From NCBI GenBank assembly GCA_963823995.1, contig CAWGNQ010000005.1, positions 514,510 through 578,509 of the forward strand: a DNA stretch of 64,000 bases, read 5' to 3'. This document shows, one piece after another, positions 1 to 10,573 of the stretch (positions within the stretch are counted from its first letter, which is position 1; every line of letters starts with the position of its first letter). Source of the DNA: an uncultured Acidobacteriota bacterium. Lineage in GTDB: Bacteria > Acidobacteriota > UBA6911 > RPQK01 > JAPXNP01. Below the pieces are notes generated by a model. The model worked only from the letters and a program-made list of their open reading frames with translations, searched no databases and was not told the DNA's origin. The translations under genes and the position numbers were made by a program.

Positions 1-1949
1 AAGTACAGATAATCGAGACCGAGTCGGAGACTGAGCCTCCGATCGATCCTCCACTCATCGACCATACCGACCCGAAAGTGCTTTCTTCTCAAGTCCTGCC
101 GCGAGGATCCGATCGCCCGCAATGCGCGGTCGGCCCGACCCAGCAGAAAGTCCGCAAAAGCGTCTCCTGTGTAAGTCCCGCTGAAGCCAAACGAACCCCG
201 TTCCAGGCTGGAGGAACGGCTGTCATTGATCTGTCGCAGCCCTGCCTCGGCGTCGAAATGCAGAACGTGATCGCCACGTACGACCGTCAGATTCGACTCC
301 ACGGAACCCCGGTTGCGCACTTCGTTCTGTGGCAACTCGGCATCCCCAAACTCCGGATAGCCGGCCAGATCGAAGACCGGATACCCCTCGTCTTCCGGTG
401 TGGTGACACCTACCCCTGCAATCCCAAGTGATTCGACCAGCCCCGCCGCGCGGTCCTGCCGGGGAACGATGCTATCCAGATTGCGTCGGTATCGAAACCG
501 CCACTGAGCGGTCGTGGTCTCACTGAAGACCCGCGTGTAGGCGGCCGAAGCGTCGTAGTCGTCTTCCGTCGCTCGGGAGCCGAACGAGGGCAGCGCATGG
601 ACCGCCGTCTCCTCTCCCAGGTCCATCGCGTACTGGGCGGTCAACTGGCTGATGTCGTTCAACGCGAGGTCCGCACGCAGGTTGATCGCATCGTGATTGA
701 CCAGCACGGGTTGGCCGTTGACGAAATTGCGCACCTCCTCCGCGCGGTTCGGATCGGGAAGCAGGGGAAGCAGCCGGGCCGCTACCGGGTCGATCCGATC
801 GGCCGGGATCCGGTTTTCCGGAAAGGGAACTCCCGTGTCGGGATCTCGGATGACGACCGGTACAGCGAGATCGAGGAGTCGGCCGAAATCGCCTCGCTTC
901 ATCGCCTCGCTCGGAACGTGAGACACGAGGGTCGACCCCTGATTGATCCGCAGACCGTCATACGACCCAAACAGGCTGAAATTCGGTCCGAGGTTCAGAT
1001 TCATGCTCAACCCGAACTGATTTCGCTTGTACTCGGGCAACGGCTTCCCAACCGGATCGAAGAAATTCCGGGCATCGAAATTGTCGTTCCGGTGGAACTC
1101 GTAGAGCGAGCCATGGAAGATCCTGGTCGTCGACTGCTGAGGAAACTGGTTCGTCAGAGCCGCCAGTCGGCTCGATTCGAGATCAAGGGAGCCGGCATTC
1201 CCACCCGCTCTGACCCGGAATTCGGAGATCTTGCCTCCGCCCTTAGAGGTCGACGAGGCCGCCGGGCGGTTCCCTGCCAGAATCTCGGGCGTGACCGGAA
1301 ACGTGACCCTCAGATCAGGTCCACGCGTCGGCAGATTGAACTCGAAGGTAAAGCTGTCGTCCGCCTCGGAGATCACCTCGACGCCATCGATAAACCGGGG
1401 AAAGATGAACTCGGCGCCGACGGCGGGCTCGATTGGCGGAAAGTAGGCGACGGGCCGAAGCTGAGGGAAGGCCGACGTGGACAGGTAGGCCCTGTTGCGC
1501 AGCGTATCAAGAGTCTGGGAGCGCATCGTCCTGTCGACATTTCGCTGCATCTCCGGCTCATTCGAGCGGAAGGCCACGGCGATGACGATGAAGCCGGGGT
1601 CGATGCTGCTCCAGACCCTCCGGGCCGCCTGCGTTTGGCCTTCCGAGGCCGTGGACTCCTGCCGCATGAGGCTCCACATTCGTTCGAATGCCTGCCTCAC
1701 CGGCGCTGCGGAGAGGATGCGAACGTAGTAGCGACTGAAGATCTCCTTTTCACCGTACTCACCGCTGCCGACTCCCTCAATGAGCCGCGTGGAGGTCTGC
1801 TGACGGGCCCAGGGAGAATCGTTCAGAATGGTCAGGGCCCTCGCCTCGCTCATCGGCTTCGGCTTCGACTCGGACGCATCCTGCGCCCGTGTCGAAACAA
1901 CGCAGGTGCAGGCCACAATGACTCCCCAGAAAAGCAGGACTCGAAGCAT
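1..1949 (-). CDS. TonB-dependent receptor (Acidobacteria-type, carboxypeptidase-regulatory-like family), C-terminal part runs off window
   Basis: Hand translation of the minus frame with no stop from 1949 to position 1. ATG at 1949 is followed by a signal peptide (MLRVLLFWGVIVACTCVVSTRAQD). Conserved plug motifs FHGSLYEFHRNDNFDARNFF, RNQFG, VPSEAMKRGDF, IPADRIDPVAARLLPLLP. GC3-rich, unlike the antisense + ORF 597..1985. Not in the ORF track because no stop lies inside the window. Confidence 0.8.
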   Translation of the reverse strand, partial: MLRVLLFWGVIVACTCVVSTRAQDASESKPKPMSEARALTILNDSPWARQQTSTRLIEGVGSGEYGEKEIFSRYYVRILSAAPVRQAFERMWSLMRQESTASEGQTQAARRVWSSIDPGFIVIAVAFRSNEPEMQRNVDRTMRSQTLDTLRNRAYLSTSAFPQLRPVAYFPPIEPAVGAEFIFPRFIDGVEVISEADDSFTFEFNLPTRGPDLRVTFPVTPEILAGNRPAASSTSKGGGKISEFRVRAGGNAGSLDLESSRLAALTNQFPQQSTTRIFHGSLYEFHRNDNFDARNFFDPVGKPLPEYKRNQFGLSMNLNLGPNFSLFGSYDGLRINQGSTLVSHVPSEAMKRGDFGRLLDLAVPVVIRDPDTGVPFPENRIPADRIDPVAARLLPLLPDPNRAEEVRNFVNGQPVLVNHDAINLRADLALNDISQLTAQYAMDLGEETAVHALPSFGSRATEDDYDASAAYTRVFSETTTAQWRFRYRRNLDSIVPRQDRAAGLVESLGIAGVGVTTPEDEGYPVFDLAGYPEFGDAELPQNEVRNRGSVESNLTVVRGDHVLHFDAEAGLRQINDSRSSSLERGSFGFSGTYTGDAFADFLLGRADRALRAIGSSRQDLRRKHFRVGMVDEWRIDRRLSLRLGLDYLY

Positions 1950-2368
1950 CGTCTGTTCGTTTCCGAACGCCCGTATTCCCGATAGGTTACACGGACGTAA
2001 AGCGGCGCACATCCTCCGATCCGAAGACCACATTTTGCTGCCATGCCGCAGTAAGCAATTGGATGTCGAGGCGGCCGTGAAGCCACGACCGGCGGGACTC
2101 ACAAACCAGCGCTCCCGCTGCACACCCGAAGCGGCTCCCAACGTTGGCAGGTTATGACCTGTCAACGTCCAGAGACCTGGACCTGTTACAGGAGAGCCGT
2201 CCGTCGTCCGTCCCTATGAGATTCGCCCGAGACAGCCGACGCGCTCATTCTCTCACATCGCCGCAAAACCTGCCTCCATCGGAGAGGAGACCCCAAGCAA
2301 ATGTTAGGATTGTCAGCAGGAGCATCCCTATGTTCAGCGATGACGCGGTTTTCCCCTGTGAGGTTTCT

Positions 2369-4454
2369 ATGTGTATTGACAGTCTGCGAAATCGACCCGG
2401 GCGGCGGCTCGGTCTCTGGTCAGCCATATTGCTGCCGACCGTATTCATTTCAGTGATGCTTTCGGCGGCCTTGGGCGCCGACTCGGATATTCGCTTCAAT
2501 TCTCTCGGGTTCCTCCCTGATATGCCGAAAAAGGCTTCCATTGCCGCCCAAGCCTCTGGCTTCACGCTGCGGAAGGTTTCCGATGACTCGACGGTCTTCG
2601 CAGGTGCCGCGACGGGACCGACGCATAGCTCCGACACGAACGAGGATCTGTGGACGGCCGACTTTTCTTCGGTCACCGAGCCGGGACAGTACTATCTTTC
2701 GGTGGAGGGCGTCGGTCGGACACCCACGTTCCCGATCGGCGAAGATGCCTATGACTTCGCCTTCTACACGGTGATGCGCGGCTTTTACCTCTGGCGCTGC
2801 GGCACGGCGGTCAGCGGCTGGTTTGGGCCGGACCACTATGAGACGCAGGCTTGCCATCTCAACGACGGGTGGCAGGACTACACGACGGGCGAGCACACCC
2901 GGCGCGACGGCACGCAGGGATGGCACGACGCCGGCGACTACGGGAAATACGTGGTCAATGCGGGCGTGACGATGGGCCTGCTGTTCAAGGCCTGGGAGCA
3001 CTACCAGAGCAGAATCGAAGCAGTCCGACTGGATCTGCCGGAAACGGCCCCGGGCCTTCCCGACTTTCTCGAGGAACTCGAGTGGGAACTGGACTGGCTG
3101 CTGAAGATGCAACTCGCGGACGGCAGCGGCAAGGTCTCGCACAAGCTGACGGCCCACGGTTTCTCGGCTTTCATCATGCCTCAGAACGATCACTCGGAGC
3201 GATTCTTCACCGACTGGAGCTCGGCCGCCACGGCGGACTTCGTGGCCATCATGTCCACCGCCGCCCGCTTGTTCCGTCCCTACGACCCGGCCTATGCCGA
3301 TCGCTGCCTGGCCGCGGCCCGGACGAGTTACGACTTCCTCAAGGAGCATCCCGCCAACAAGGATCCGGACCTTTCGGATTTCAGCACGGGCGGCTATACG
3401 ACGGGTGATTCGGACGACCGCCTCTGGGCGGCTGCCGAGCTTTGGGAGACGACCGGAGACGCCGAGGTGCTGGCCGATTTCGAAAGCCGCACGGCCGCCG
3501 GTCGCAACTTCAACGTCGACTTCGACTGGGGAAACGTCCGAAACCTGGGATTCCTGACCTATCTGGAATCGAGCCGCCCCGGCCGCAACCAAACGATCGT
3601 CAGCACCCTCAGGGCCACCCTCACGTCGGCCGCCGACCAGATCGTCCAGACCGCCCAGTCCAATGCCTATGCCCGCCCTCTCGGCAGCTCGTACTATTGG
3701 GGCTGCAACGGCGGCGTGGCGCGTCAGACACTGCTGTTGCAAAGCGCCTACCGGATCGATCCCAAGCCGGAGTACCGAACCACGGCCCTGGACGCTATCG
3801 CGCATCTGTTCGGACGTAACTACTATCGAAGGTCCTTCGTGACCGGCCTCGGCGTCGAACCTCCGCTTCATCCCCATGACCGGCGCTCGGGAGCGGACGG
3901 GATTGACAATCCCTGGCCCGGGTATCTAGTGGGGGGTGCTCAACAAAATGCGCTCGATTGGCACGACGTCGAGGCGAGCTATCAGACCAACGAGATCGCC
4001 ATCAACTGGCAGGCGGCCCTGGTCTACGCGCTGGCCGGGTTCCTGTCCGGCAATGCGGAGCCTGCCGTTTTTTCCCCAGCTCGCTCTGGGAGGAGGCTAC
4101 CGATGCATCATGCTGGTCAGCAACAAGGCCGATACGCCCTGGACCGGCAGCATGCGGACCTTCCAGCACAACCAGGAACCCTGGAACGTGACCGTCCTCG
4201 AAAGTGGAGACTCGAGGGGGCAGGATTCCAGGTTCGCGATTGAGCTGCCCGCGAATTCGACGCGCAAGTTCATTCTGACCAGCGAGGAACCCCTCGCCGC
4301 AGGCTATCTGGAATTGTCAGGCGCCGGCGAATCGGTGCCGGGAGACCTGGCCGTCTCATTCTTCTACAACTACGTGGTCAATGGTCGACTGGTGGACTCG
4401 GTAGGTGTCCCCGCGATCGAAGGCCGAACGAATTTCCAGTTGCCCATCAGGTGA
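2369..4454 (+). CDS. Glycoside hydrolase family 9 endoglucanase with N-terminal CelD-like Ig domain; reading frame broken by a +1 shift at a T6C4 run (~4070-4080)
   Basis: GH9 signatures DAGDYGKYVVNAGVTMG, HDRRS, DWHDVEASYQTNEIAINWQAALVYALAGF. CelD_N-like region upstream. After a T6 homopolymer (gccgttttttcccc) the protein continues in frame 0 (PQLALGGGYRCIMLVSNK... to the stop at 4454). Removing one T restores a single ORF. Start at 2369 (MCIDSLRNRPGRRLGLWSAILL, signal/TM, GAGG 5 nt upstream) is inferred. The ORF track begins at 2144. Confidence 0.75.
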
Positions 4455-4530
4455 AATTGGTGACACGCACGTATCTCGATCGTAAGGTACTGAGAAGACA
4501 GGATTCTGACCCGAGTCTGGGACCAATTCC
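4455..4530 (+). repeat. Copy A of a conserved ~75-bp 3'-flanking repeat element (core GGTGACACGCACGTA ... CGTAAGG ... CCGAGTCTGG)
   Basis: Begins immediately after the GH9 stop (TGA at 4452-4454). Aligns with copies at 43433, 43638(-), 43777(-) and 51410(-). Confidence 0.8.
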
Positions 4531-4890
4531 GGGAAGTCGCAGGTGGCCAGCTATTCGAGGGGAATGACCGGCAGGGTCGCGAACTGCCCAAGCCGGCTCT
4601 GAAGGACGGTGGCTGAGATCCTGCCGGACACCGTTACCTTCACGAGACCGGTCATATCGATGAGATTGACGGTGCCGTTCCATTGAACTTCGTCGGCGAA
4701 AAGATAACATGAGCGTTGAGCATTCTTTTCATCGTTCTGTCGCCTGAGTCGGCCATGTCCTCATCCCTTCGCTGGAGTATATTCGGCACGTCGTTCTTGA
4801 TCCCGGCGGGGCCTCCTTCTAGAATCTCCCGCAGTGACAGCCGTTCGTGCCACACGGTCCCCCAACCTCCGAATACCGAAGGAGCGTTCG

Positions 4891-6135
4891 ATGCGAGCCT
4901 TGATTCTAGCCGTTGCCACCCTCGTTGTGCAGTCCCCCGCCCTTCTCTCCCAGGGGCTTCCCAGGACCAGTCCGGAGATGGAGGGCCTCTCCACCCACCG
5001 CCTCGAGCGAATCGAACCGGTCATGGAGGACTATATCAAACGGGGCATCTTCCCCGGCATGACCGTCGCAGTCGCCAGGGGTGGCCAGCTCGTCTACTTC
5101 GAGTCTTTCGGGTATGCGGACATACAGACCCGAAAACCGGTCGCCCAGGATTCGATCTTCCGTATCTACTCGATGACGAAACCGGTCACGGCAACGGCTG
5201 TCATGATCCTCTTCGAAGAAGGGAAGTTCATGCTCGACGAGCCGGTGTCGAAGTACATTCCATCGTTCAAGAACGTCAAGGTCTACCGCCCCGAGGGTTC
5301 CGCCGAGTCGACCGAACCCTCCCGAGAGATCACCATCCGTGACCTTTTGCGACAGACCTCGGGTCTGGGCTACGGCTGGGAAGATGATCCTGTCAGTCAG
5401 GCTTACCGGGAAGCCAATCTCTTCGACCCGGACACGACGCTCGAGCAAATGGTCGACAAGTTGACCAGGCTTCCGCTTTACTTCGATCCGGGCGCTCAAT
5501 GGAAATACAGCGTGGCCATCGACGTTCTCGGCCGTCTGGTGGAGATCTGGTCCGGACAGACCCTGGCCGACTTCTTCCGGCAGCGGATCTTTGAACCGCT
5601 GGATATGCGGGACACTGCGTTTTCAGTTCCAGCCGACAAGGTGAATCGGTTCACCAACTGCTACCGCTTTACGGAGGAGGGCCGGCTGGAACCCCTTCCG
5701 AACGCCTTTTCGTCCTACTCACCCGAAAACAAGCACCTCTACTCGGGAGGAGGTGGTCTCGTCTCGACTGCCTCCGACTATCTCCGATTCGCCCAGATGC
5801 TGGCCAATGGTGGCGAACTTGAAGGAGTCCGGATCCTCGGCCCGAAGACGATCGAGCTGATGAGCATGAATCAGCTGCCGGACGGTGTGACGGCCCCCTG
5901 GGAGAAGCTCCAGGGCCACGGTTACGGCTTTGCCATGAGCGTGCTGACCGACATCGCGAAGAGTCTGACCGTCGGCTCGGTCGGAGACTTCGGCTGGGAC
6001 GGTGCCGCCTCGACTTACTTCCGGATTGATCCGAGTGAGAATCTCGTCATCCTCCTGATGACGCACCGCCAGCCCTGTGACACGGAGATTCAGGTCAAAC
6101 TCAAGACTCTGGTCTACCAGGCCCTGACCGACTAG
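4891..6135 (+). CDS. Serine hydrolase, beta-lactamase-related (class C / esterase family), secreted
   Basis: SMTK (SxxK) motif, overall length and composition typical of the AmpC/esterase fold. Signal peptide MRALILAVATLVVQSPALLS. GGAG RBS 6 nt upstream of the ATG at 4891. Confidence 0.85.
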   Translation: MRALILAVATLVVQSPALLSQGLPRTSPEMEGLSTHRLERIEPVMEDYIKRGIFPGMTVAVARGGQLVYFESFGYADIQTRKPVAQDSIFRIYSMTKPVTATAVMILFEEGKFMLDEPVSKYIPSFKNVKVYRPEGSAESTEPSREITIRDLLRQTSGLGYGWEDDPVSQAYREANLFDPDTTLEQMVDKLTRLPLYFDPGAQWKYSVAIDVLGRLVEIWSGQTLADFFRQRIFEPLDMRDTAFSVPADKVNRFTNCYRFTEEGRLEPLPNAFSSYSPENKHLYSGGGGLVSTASDYLRFAQMLANGGELEGVRILGPKTIELMSMNQLPDGVTAPWEKLQGHGYGFAMSVLTDIAKSLTVGSVGDFGWDGAASTYFRIDPSENLVILLMTHRQPCDTEIQVKLKTLVYQALTD

Positions 6136-6164
6136 GTCGCCCCCATTCGATTTCAGCAGGGGTA

Positions 6165-6237
6165 TAGCCCCAACGGGATTCGAACCCGTGTTACCGGCGT
6201 GAGAGGCCGGCGTCCTAGTCCTCTAGACGATGGGGCC
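6165..6237 (-). tRNA. tRNA-Glu (anticodon CUC)
   Basis: Minus-strand sequence GGCCCCATCGTCTAGAGGACTAGGACGCCGGCCTCTCACGCCGGTAACACGGGTTCGAATCCCGTTGGGGCTA folds as a cloverleaf nearly collinear with E. coli tRNA-Glu. Anticodon loop CUCUCAC (U33, CUC, A37). T-loop TTCGAAT. CCA not encoded. Confidence 0.85.
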
Positions 6238-6451
6238 TTGCGCGAAGTGAAGGCGCTATTCTCCGGTAGCCGAGCCATCGTTGTCAAATGTCCGAAGCAT
6301 GGCGGTGCTTCCTCCGACGTCGTGGCGGGTCCCCGGGCCGAGCGAGTTGACAAACCGGCGGCGAATGCCTGGAATGATAGGAGTTGCGCTTCGCTTTCCG
6401 GTTGTCTCCCTCGAGAGTGAGGCACCGACCAAATCAACTTGGAGGTTGCGT

Positions 6452-7150
6452 ATGATCGCCTTGACCTGGGTCCCATTGCTTCTCACCGCCCTGACGGCTC
6501 CTGCGGATACGGCCGGGGACATTGAAATCGTTCCGATCACCCATGCGTCCCTGATCCTCGAATGGGAGGGTCATGTCGTCTACGTGGATCCCTGGGGCCG
6601 CGGAGATTTCTCAGGTCAGCCCAAAGCCGACCTGATTCTGATCACTCACACACATGGTGATCATCTTGATTTAGGCCAAATCGCAGAATCGAGCAAGGAG
6701 AATACCATCCTCATCGGTCCAATGGCTGTCCAGGAACAGGTGACTCAGGCCCGGATTCTGCGAAATGGTGAAAAGACCGAGGTTCTAGGCATCGGGATCG
6801 AGGCCGTGCCGGCCTATAACATCCAGCGCGGGCCGTCTCCAGGCCGACTGTATCACCCCAAAGGGGAAGGCAACGGCTACGTGCTGACAATGGGCTCACA
6901 GCGAGTCTACATTTCCGGCGACACCGAATGCACCCCGGAGATGCAAGCCCTCCACGACATCGACGTCGCGTTCCTCTGCATGAACCTCCCCTACACGATG
7001 ACAGCCGATGAGGCAGCGGGATGCGTCAATGCGTTCCACCCCAAGGTGGTCTATCCGTATCACTACCGGGGAACCGACCTGCAGGCGTTCAAGGCGAAGG
7101 TGAGCCCGGATACCGAGGTACGGATCGCAAACTGGTATCCGGGGCAATGA
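6452..7150 (+). CDS. MBL-fold metallo-hydrolase, secreted
   Basis: HTHGDH zinc-binding motif. Signal peptide MIALTWVPLLLTALTAPADTAG. GGAGG RBS 6 nt upstream of the ATG at 6452. The ORF track starts earlier, at 6281. Confidence 0.85.
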   Translation: MIALTWVPLLLTALTAPADTAGDIEIVPITHASLILEWEGHVVYVDPWGRGDFSGQPKADLILITHTHGDHLDLGQIAESSKENTILIGPMAVQEQVTQARILRNGEKTEVLGIGIEAVPAYNIQRGPSPGRLYHPKGEGNGYVLTMGSQRVYISGDTECTPEMQALHDIDVAFLCMNLPYTMTADEAAGCVNAFHPKVVYPYHYRGTDLQAFKAKVSPDTEVRIANWYPGQ

Positions 7151-7257
7151 ATGGCAATCCAGGCAGCATTACCTGAACTGTCCGACTGGGAGCCGGGCCG
7201 GGCCCGGCGGCCCGGCCGAACCGGCAGGCCGACAGCCTGGATTGACTTGACCCTGCC

Positions 7258-7464
7258 TTACCTGGATTCGAAGCAGCTGCGGCCTGCTTTGCAACCTTGC
7301 TTGTCGGCGACTTTGCCGTCAGGTCCCAGGCAGTTCATGGTGTGTGTACACCAGTAGATACCGTCGCTCATGTTCGGGATGCGCGGATCCGGCTCGGCCT
7401 CGATGAACATTCCCTTGGATCGCAGGCGCCGGCAGATGTCCCGGCCGACTCTCTCCATGACCAT
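7258..7464 (-). CDS. Small cysteine-rich protein (68 aa, 5 Cys) translationally coupled to the 3' end of the molybdoenzyme operon; function unknown
   Basis: ATG at 7464 overlaps the TAA stop of the FAD subunit by 1 nt. GC3-rich codons. Cys pattern C11, C39, C45, C58, C64 (YWCTHTMNCLGPDGKVADKQGCKAGRSCF). No family recognised by eye. Confidence 0.45.
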   Translation of the reverse strand: MVMERVGRDICRRLRSKGMFIEAEPDPRIPNMSDGIYWCTHTMNCLGPDGKVADKQGCKAGRSCFESR

Positions 7465-8444
7465 TACGTTACCTCCATTCCTGCGGCCCTCAGGACGGCC
7501 CGCTTGACCGCCACCCTTGCGAGGGTCACTTTATAGCCGTTCTTGCTCAGCGGCTTCGCGCCCTGAACAGCCGCGGCGCCGGCCGCCTCGGCGGTCTGAA
7601 CGCTGACGGACTGGCCCGTCAGCGCCTGGCCCGCCGCCGGAACCGGCCACGGCTTGGGAGCCACCTGGCCGAGCACTACTTCGGCCGACTGGACGTTATT
7701 GCCGTTCATCTCCAGCACGGCCACTGCCACGACCAACGGCCAGTCCATGGCTTCCCGCTCGCGGACCTCGTAGACGGCCGCCTTTCGGTTGGCTGCTGGA
7801 GGGATCAGGATCCCGGTAACGATCTCATCGTCGGCCAGATCATATTCCTTCTGGCCTTCTGCTGTCGGGATCTTGAAGAAATCGGCGACAGCCACCTGGC
7901 GGCTGCCACCGGTTCCCTGGATACCGACCTTGGCCCCGTAGGCAATCAGAGCAGGCGCCAGGGTGGAAGGGTTCACAAAGTAGGCAGGACCGGAGTTGCC
8001 GAGGATGGCATGGTATCGGTTGTCCCCGTTCACCACCATCGACTTGCCATCCTGCATCGCCAGGAGTCCATAGCCGTGACGGTAGTACCAGCAGCGCGGA
8101 CGCTGGCACAGGTCACCGCCCACCGTTCCCATGCTCTCCAGCTGCGGGCTGCGTACTCCGTCGGCTGCCTGAACGAGCGCCGGATAGCGCTCGCCGATGA
8201 GGGAGTTGCTCATCAGCTCATCCAGCGTTACCAGCGCGCCGATCCGGACTCCCTGGTCGCCATTGTCCTGGATCCCCTCGAGATCCGCGATCGACTTGAT
8301 ATTGACGAGGCGCTTCGGAGCGGCAACCCCCTGCTTCATGAGGCTGAGCAGATCCGTGCCACCGGCCAGGACCGCGGCATCCAACCCAAGTAGCTTGACC
8401 GCAGTTTCGACCGTGTTCGGGCTCGCATATTCGAATGTGTTCAT
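7464..8444 (-). CDS. Xanthine dehydrogenase family, FAD-binding medium subunit (CoxM/PaoB-like)
   Basis: FAD-binding PCMH motif LAGGTDLLSLMKQG. ATGA overlap with the large-subunit stop at 8444. Confidence 0.9.
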   Translation of the reverse strand: MNTFEYASPNTVETAVKLLGLDAAVLAGGTDLLSLMKQGVAAPKRLVNIKSIADLEGIQDNGDQGVRIGALVTLDELMSNSLIGERYPALVQAADGVRSPQLESMGTVGGDLCQRPRCWYYRHGYGLLAMQDGKSMVVNGDNRYHAILGNSGPAYFVNPSTLAPALIAYGAKVGIQGTGGSRQVAVADFFKIPTAEGQKEYDLADDEIVTGILIPPAANRKAAVYEVREREAMDWPLVVAVAVLEMNGNNVQSAEVVLGQVAPKPWPVPAAGQALTGQSVSVQTAEAAGAAAVQGAKPLSKNGYKVTLARVAVKRAVLRAAGMEVT

Positions 8445-10573
8445 CAGGCTGCTCCTCCTTTCTCGAGCGCCTGCAGGACCCGGTCCGGGGTCAATGGCAG
8501 GTGGGGAACACGAACGCCGACGGCATTCGCCACGGCGTTGGAGATCGCCGCACCGGGCGAAATGACGGGCGGCTCTCCCAGGCCGATGACACCGCGTTCG
8601 TCGTAGCCCGGACCCGTCATCATGTGGACGACGAGATCGCCGATGTCCCCGATGCCGGCGAGCTTGTAGAACTCCATGTCGTCATTGAGAAGACGTCCGG
8701 TAATGGGATCCATAACCCGTTCTTCCATCAGCGAGTAGGTGATGCCCATTATCATGGCCCCGTAGACCTGGCTACGCGCCGTCAGGATATCGATGATCAG
8801 CCCGCAATCCTGGACGGCCACCATCTTGTTGATGCGGACTCGTCCGGTTTCGGTGTCGACGCTGACGTCGGCCATCTGGATCCCTCCGACACCGCTGTCG
8901 ATCAGGTTACCTGGGCCGGGGTTGCGGCCCACCACACTGATCGGAGTCGCACCCAGAAGGCCGGTGGCCGTCTTCCAGCTCATTGACCGGCTCGGGTCGC
9001 TCCTGACCTGGACCCGGTAATTGACGAGTTCGAGCTCCTCCGGCTTGGCATCCAGTTCCTCGCCGATTCTGAGCAGCAGAGCATCAAGCGCCATCAGGGC
9101 CGCGCGGCGTGAGGAAGAACTGACACCACCGACGGTTGTGCTTCCGCCGGAGGCCCCGGAAGCGGGGAACCGGCTGTCGCCGATGCGAACCGTAATATCC
9201 TTTGGCTGCAATCCAAATGCGTCTGCCACGACCGTGGCGATGACCGTTCTCGTTCCCGTCCCGAGATCCTGGCTGCCGAGCCGGATCTCGACCGACGAAT
9301 CAGGGTTGATCACGAGCTCACAGTTGCTCTGATGCCCACGACCGCCCCAGGTATGAAGCGACAGACCAAGCCCGCGTTTGACGGGGCCGTCTCCATTCTG
9401 GCCCCGGGGCTTCCAGGCATTCTTCCACCCGATCAGATCCGCACCCAGCTTCAACTCTTCCGCGTAGGAGTCTGCGAGCTGTCCCGTCATCTGGATGTTC
9501 TTGAGGAAGAAATCGAGCGGGTCCATGTCGATGGCCGCCGCGGCATCCTCGAGCGCAGCCATCGTGATGAGGCAGGCCTGAGGATGGTTGGGAGCTCTCC
9601 AGGCCCGCGAGGGTCCGGTATTGGTCGGAACCGAGGTGTGCTGGTGCCTGCGGTTCGGGACCTCGAAGACATACGGTAGTGGTGGACTGCCGGCACCGCC
9701 GGGTCCACCCGTCCCCCAGGACTCGGACGTCCAGGCTGCGATCTCGCCGGTCGATTTGACTCCGACCTTGACGTTCGCGTAGGCGGACGGACGTCCGCCC
9801 GCCACCTGCAACTCGGCATCCCGATCCAGCATCAGCTTGACCGGACGCTTGGTCAACTTGGCAAGTCGCGCACACTCGATGCCCCAGCGATCGGCGCTGA
9901 ACTTGCTGCCGAATCCACCCCCCATGTGGTGGCACAGGACACGGACATTGGCTGCCGGAATCTCCAGGGCTTCGGCGAACTGGCCGGGGATGACACTGAC
10001 GCCCTGAGTCGACTCATACACCACAAGGTGCTGGTCGTCTTCCCAGTAGGCAGTCGTGCCGTGGGCCTCCATGCAGCAGTGAGAGATCAATGCGAGGCCG
10101 TAGTCGCCGTCCGAGACTTTGTCGGCTCCGGTCATTCCGGCGTCCGGCTCGCCGACCGTCTCCGCCTGGGCTGCCTGGGCGTTCGGCGCAGCATCCTTCT
10201 TTTCGGCATCGAGAAAATGAGACAGTACTTCGTACTCCACCTTGATCGCCGCCAGGGCATCACGGGCAAGCTCTTCGGTGTCGGCAGCCACGGAGGCGAT
10301 CTCGTCGGCGGCCCACTGAATCTCCGTGCCCGCACCCTGGATCACGTGCACTGCCCTGACGCCGTCCATCTGCTCGGCCGCCGAGGTGTCGATGCTCACG
10401 ATCCGAGCGTGCGCGTGAGGGCAGGTCAGCATCTTGGCGTGCAGGAGCCCGTAGAGATTGACGTCGTACGTATATTGAGCCGCGCCCGTAGACTTGACCG
10501 GCCCATCGATACGTCGGGTTTCGCGCCCTATCCACCAGCGTTGGTCTTCTGAAGGCCAGCTGTACTCAGGCAT
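8444..10573 (-). CDS. Xanthine dehydrogenase family, molybdopterin-binding large subunit (CoxL/PaoC-like)
   Basis: About 709 aa with typical aldehyde-oxidase/XDH Mo-binding domain composition. Start is the ATG at 10573 (MPEYSWPSEDQ...), overlapping the small-subunit stop (ATGCCTGA), with GGAGGG RBS. The ORF track extends it spuriously to 10867. Confidence 0.9.
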   Translation of the reverse strand: MPEYSWPSEDQRWWIGRETRRIDGPVKSTGAAQYTYDVNLYGLLHAKMLTCPHAHARIVSIDTSAAEQMDGVRAVHVIQGAGTEIQWAADEIASVAADTEELARDALAAIKVEYEVLSHFLDAEKKDAAPNAQAAQAETVGEPDAGMTGADKVSDGDYGLALISHCCMEAHGTTAYWEDDQHLVVYESTQGVSVIPGQFAEALEIPAANVRVLCHHMGGGFGSKFSADRWGIECARLAKLTKRPVKLMLDRDAELQVAGGRPSAYANVKVGVKSTGEIAAWTSESWGTGGPGGAGSPPLPYVFEVPNRRHQHTSVPTNTGPSRAWRAPNHPQACLITMAALEDAAAAIDMDPLDFFLKNIQMTGQLADSYAEELKLGADLIGWKNAWKPRGQNGDGPVKRGLGLSLHTWGGRGHQSNCELVINPDSSVEIRLGSQDLGTGTRTVIATVVADAFGLQPKDITVRIGDSRFPASGASGGSTTVGGVSSSSRRAALMALDALLLRIGEELDAKPEELELVNYRVQVRSDPSRSMSWKTATGLLGATPISVVGRNPGPGNLIDSGVGGIQMADVSVDTETGRVRINKMVAVQDCGLIIDILTARSQVYGAMIMGITYSLMEERVMDPITGRLLNDDMEFYKLAGIGDIGDLVVHMMTGPGYDERGVIGLGEPPVISPGAAISNAVANAVGVRVPHLPLTPDRVLQALEKGGAA

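Noticed and set aside
597-1985. 462-aa plus-strand ORF in the ORF track
   Set aside because: Arg-rich, mixed GC3. It is the antisense frame of the TonB-dependent receptor, whose minus-strand frame (GC3-rich, classic motifs) is open across the whole region.
2450-3877. 475-aa minus-strand ORF overlapping the GH9 gene
   Set aside because: Arg/Gly-rich antisense artefact of the high-GC GH9 coding frame.
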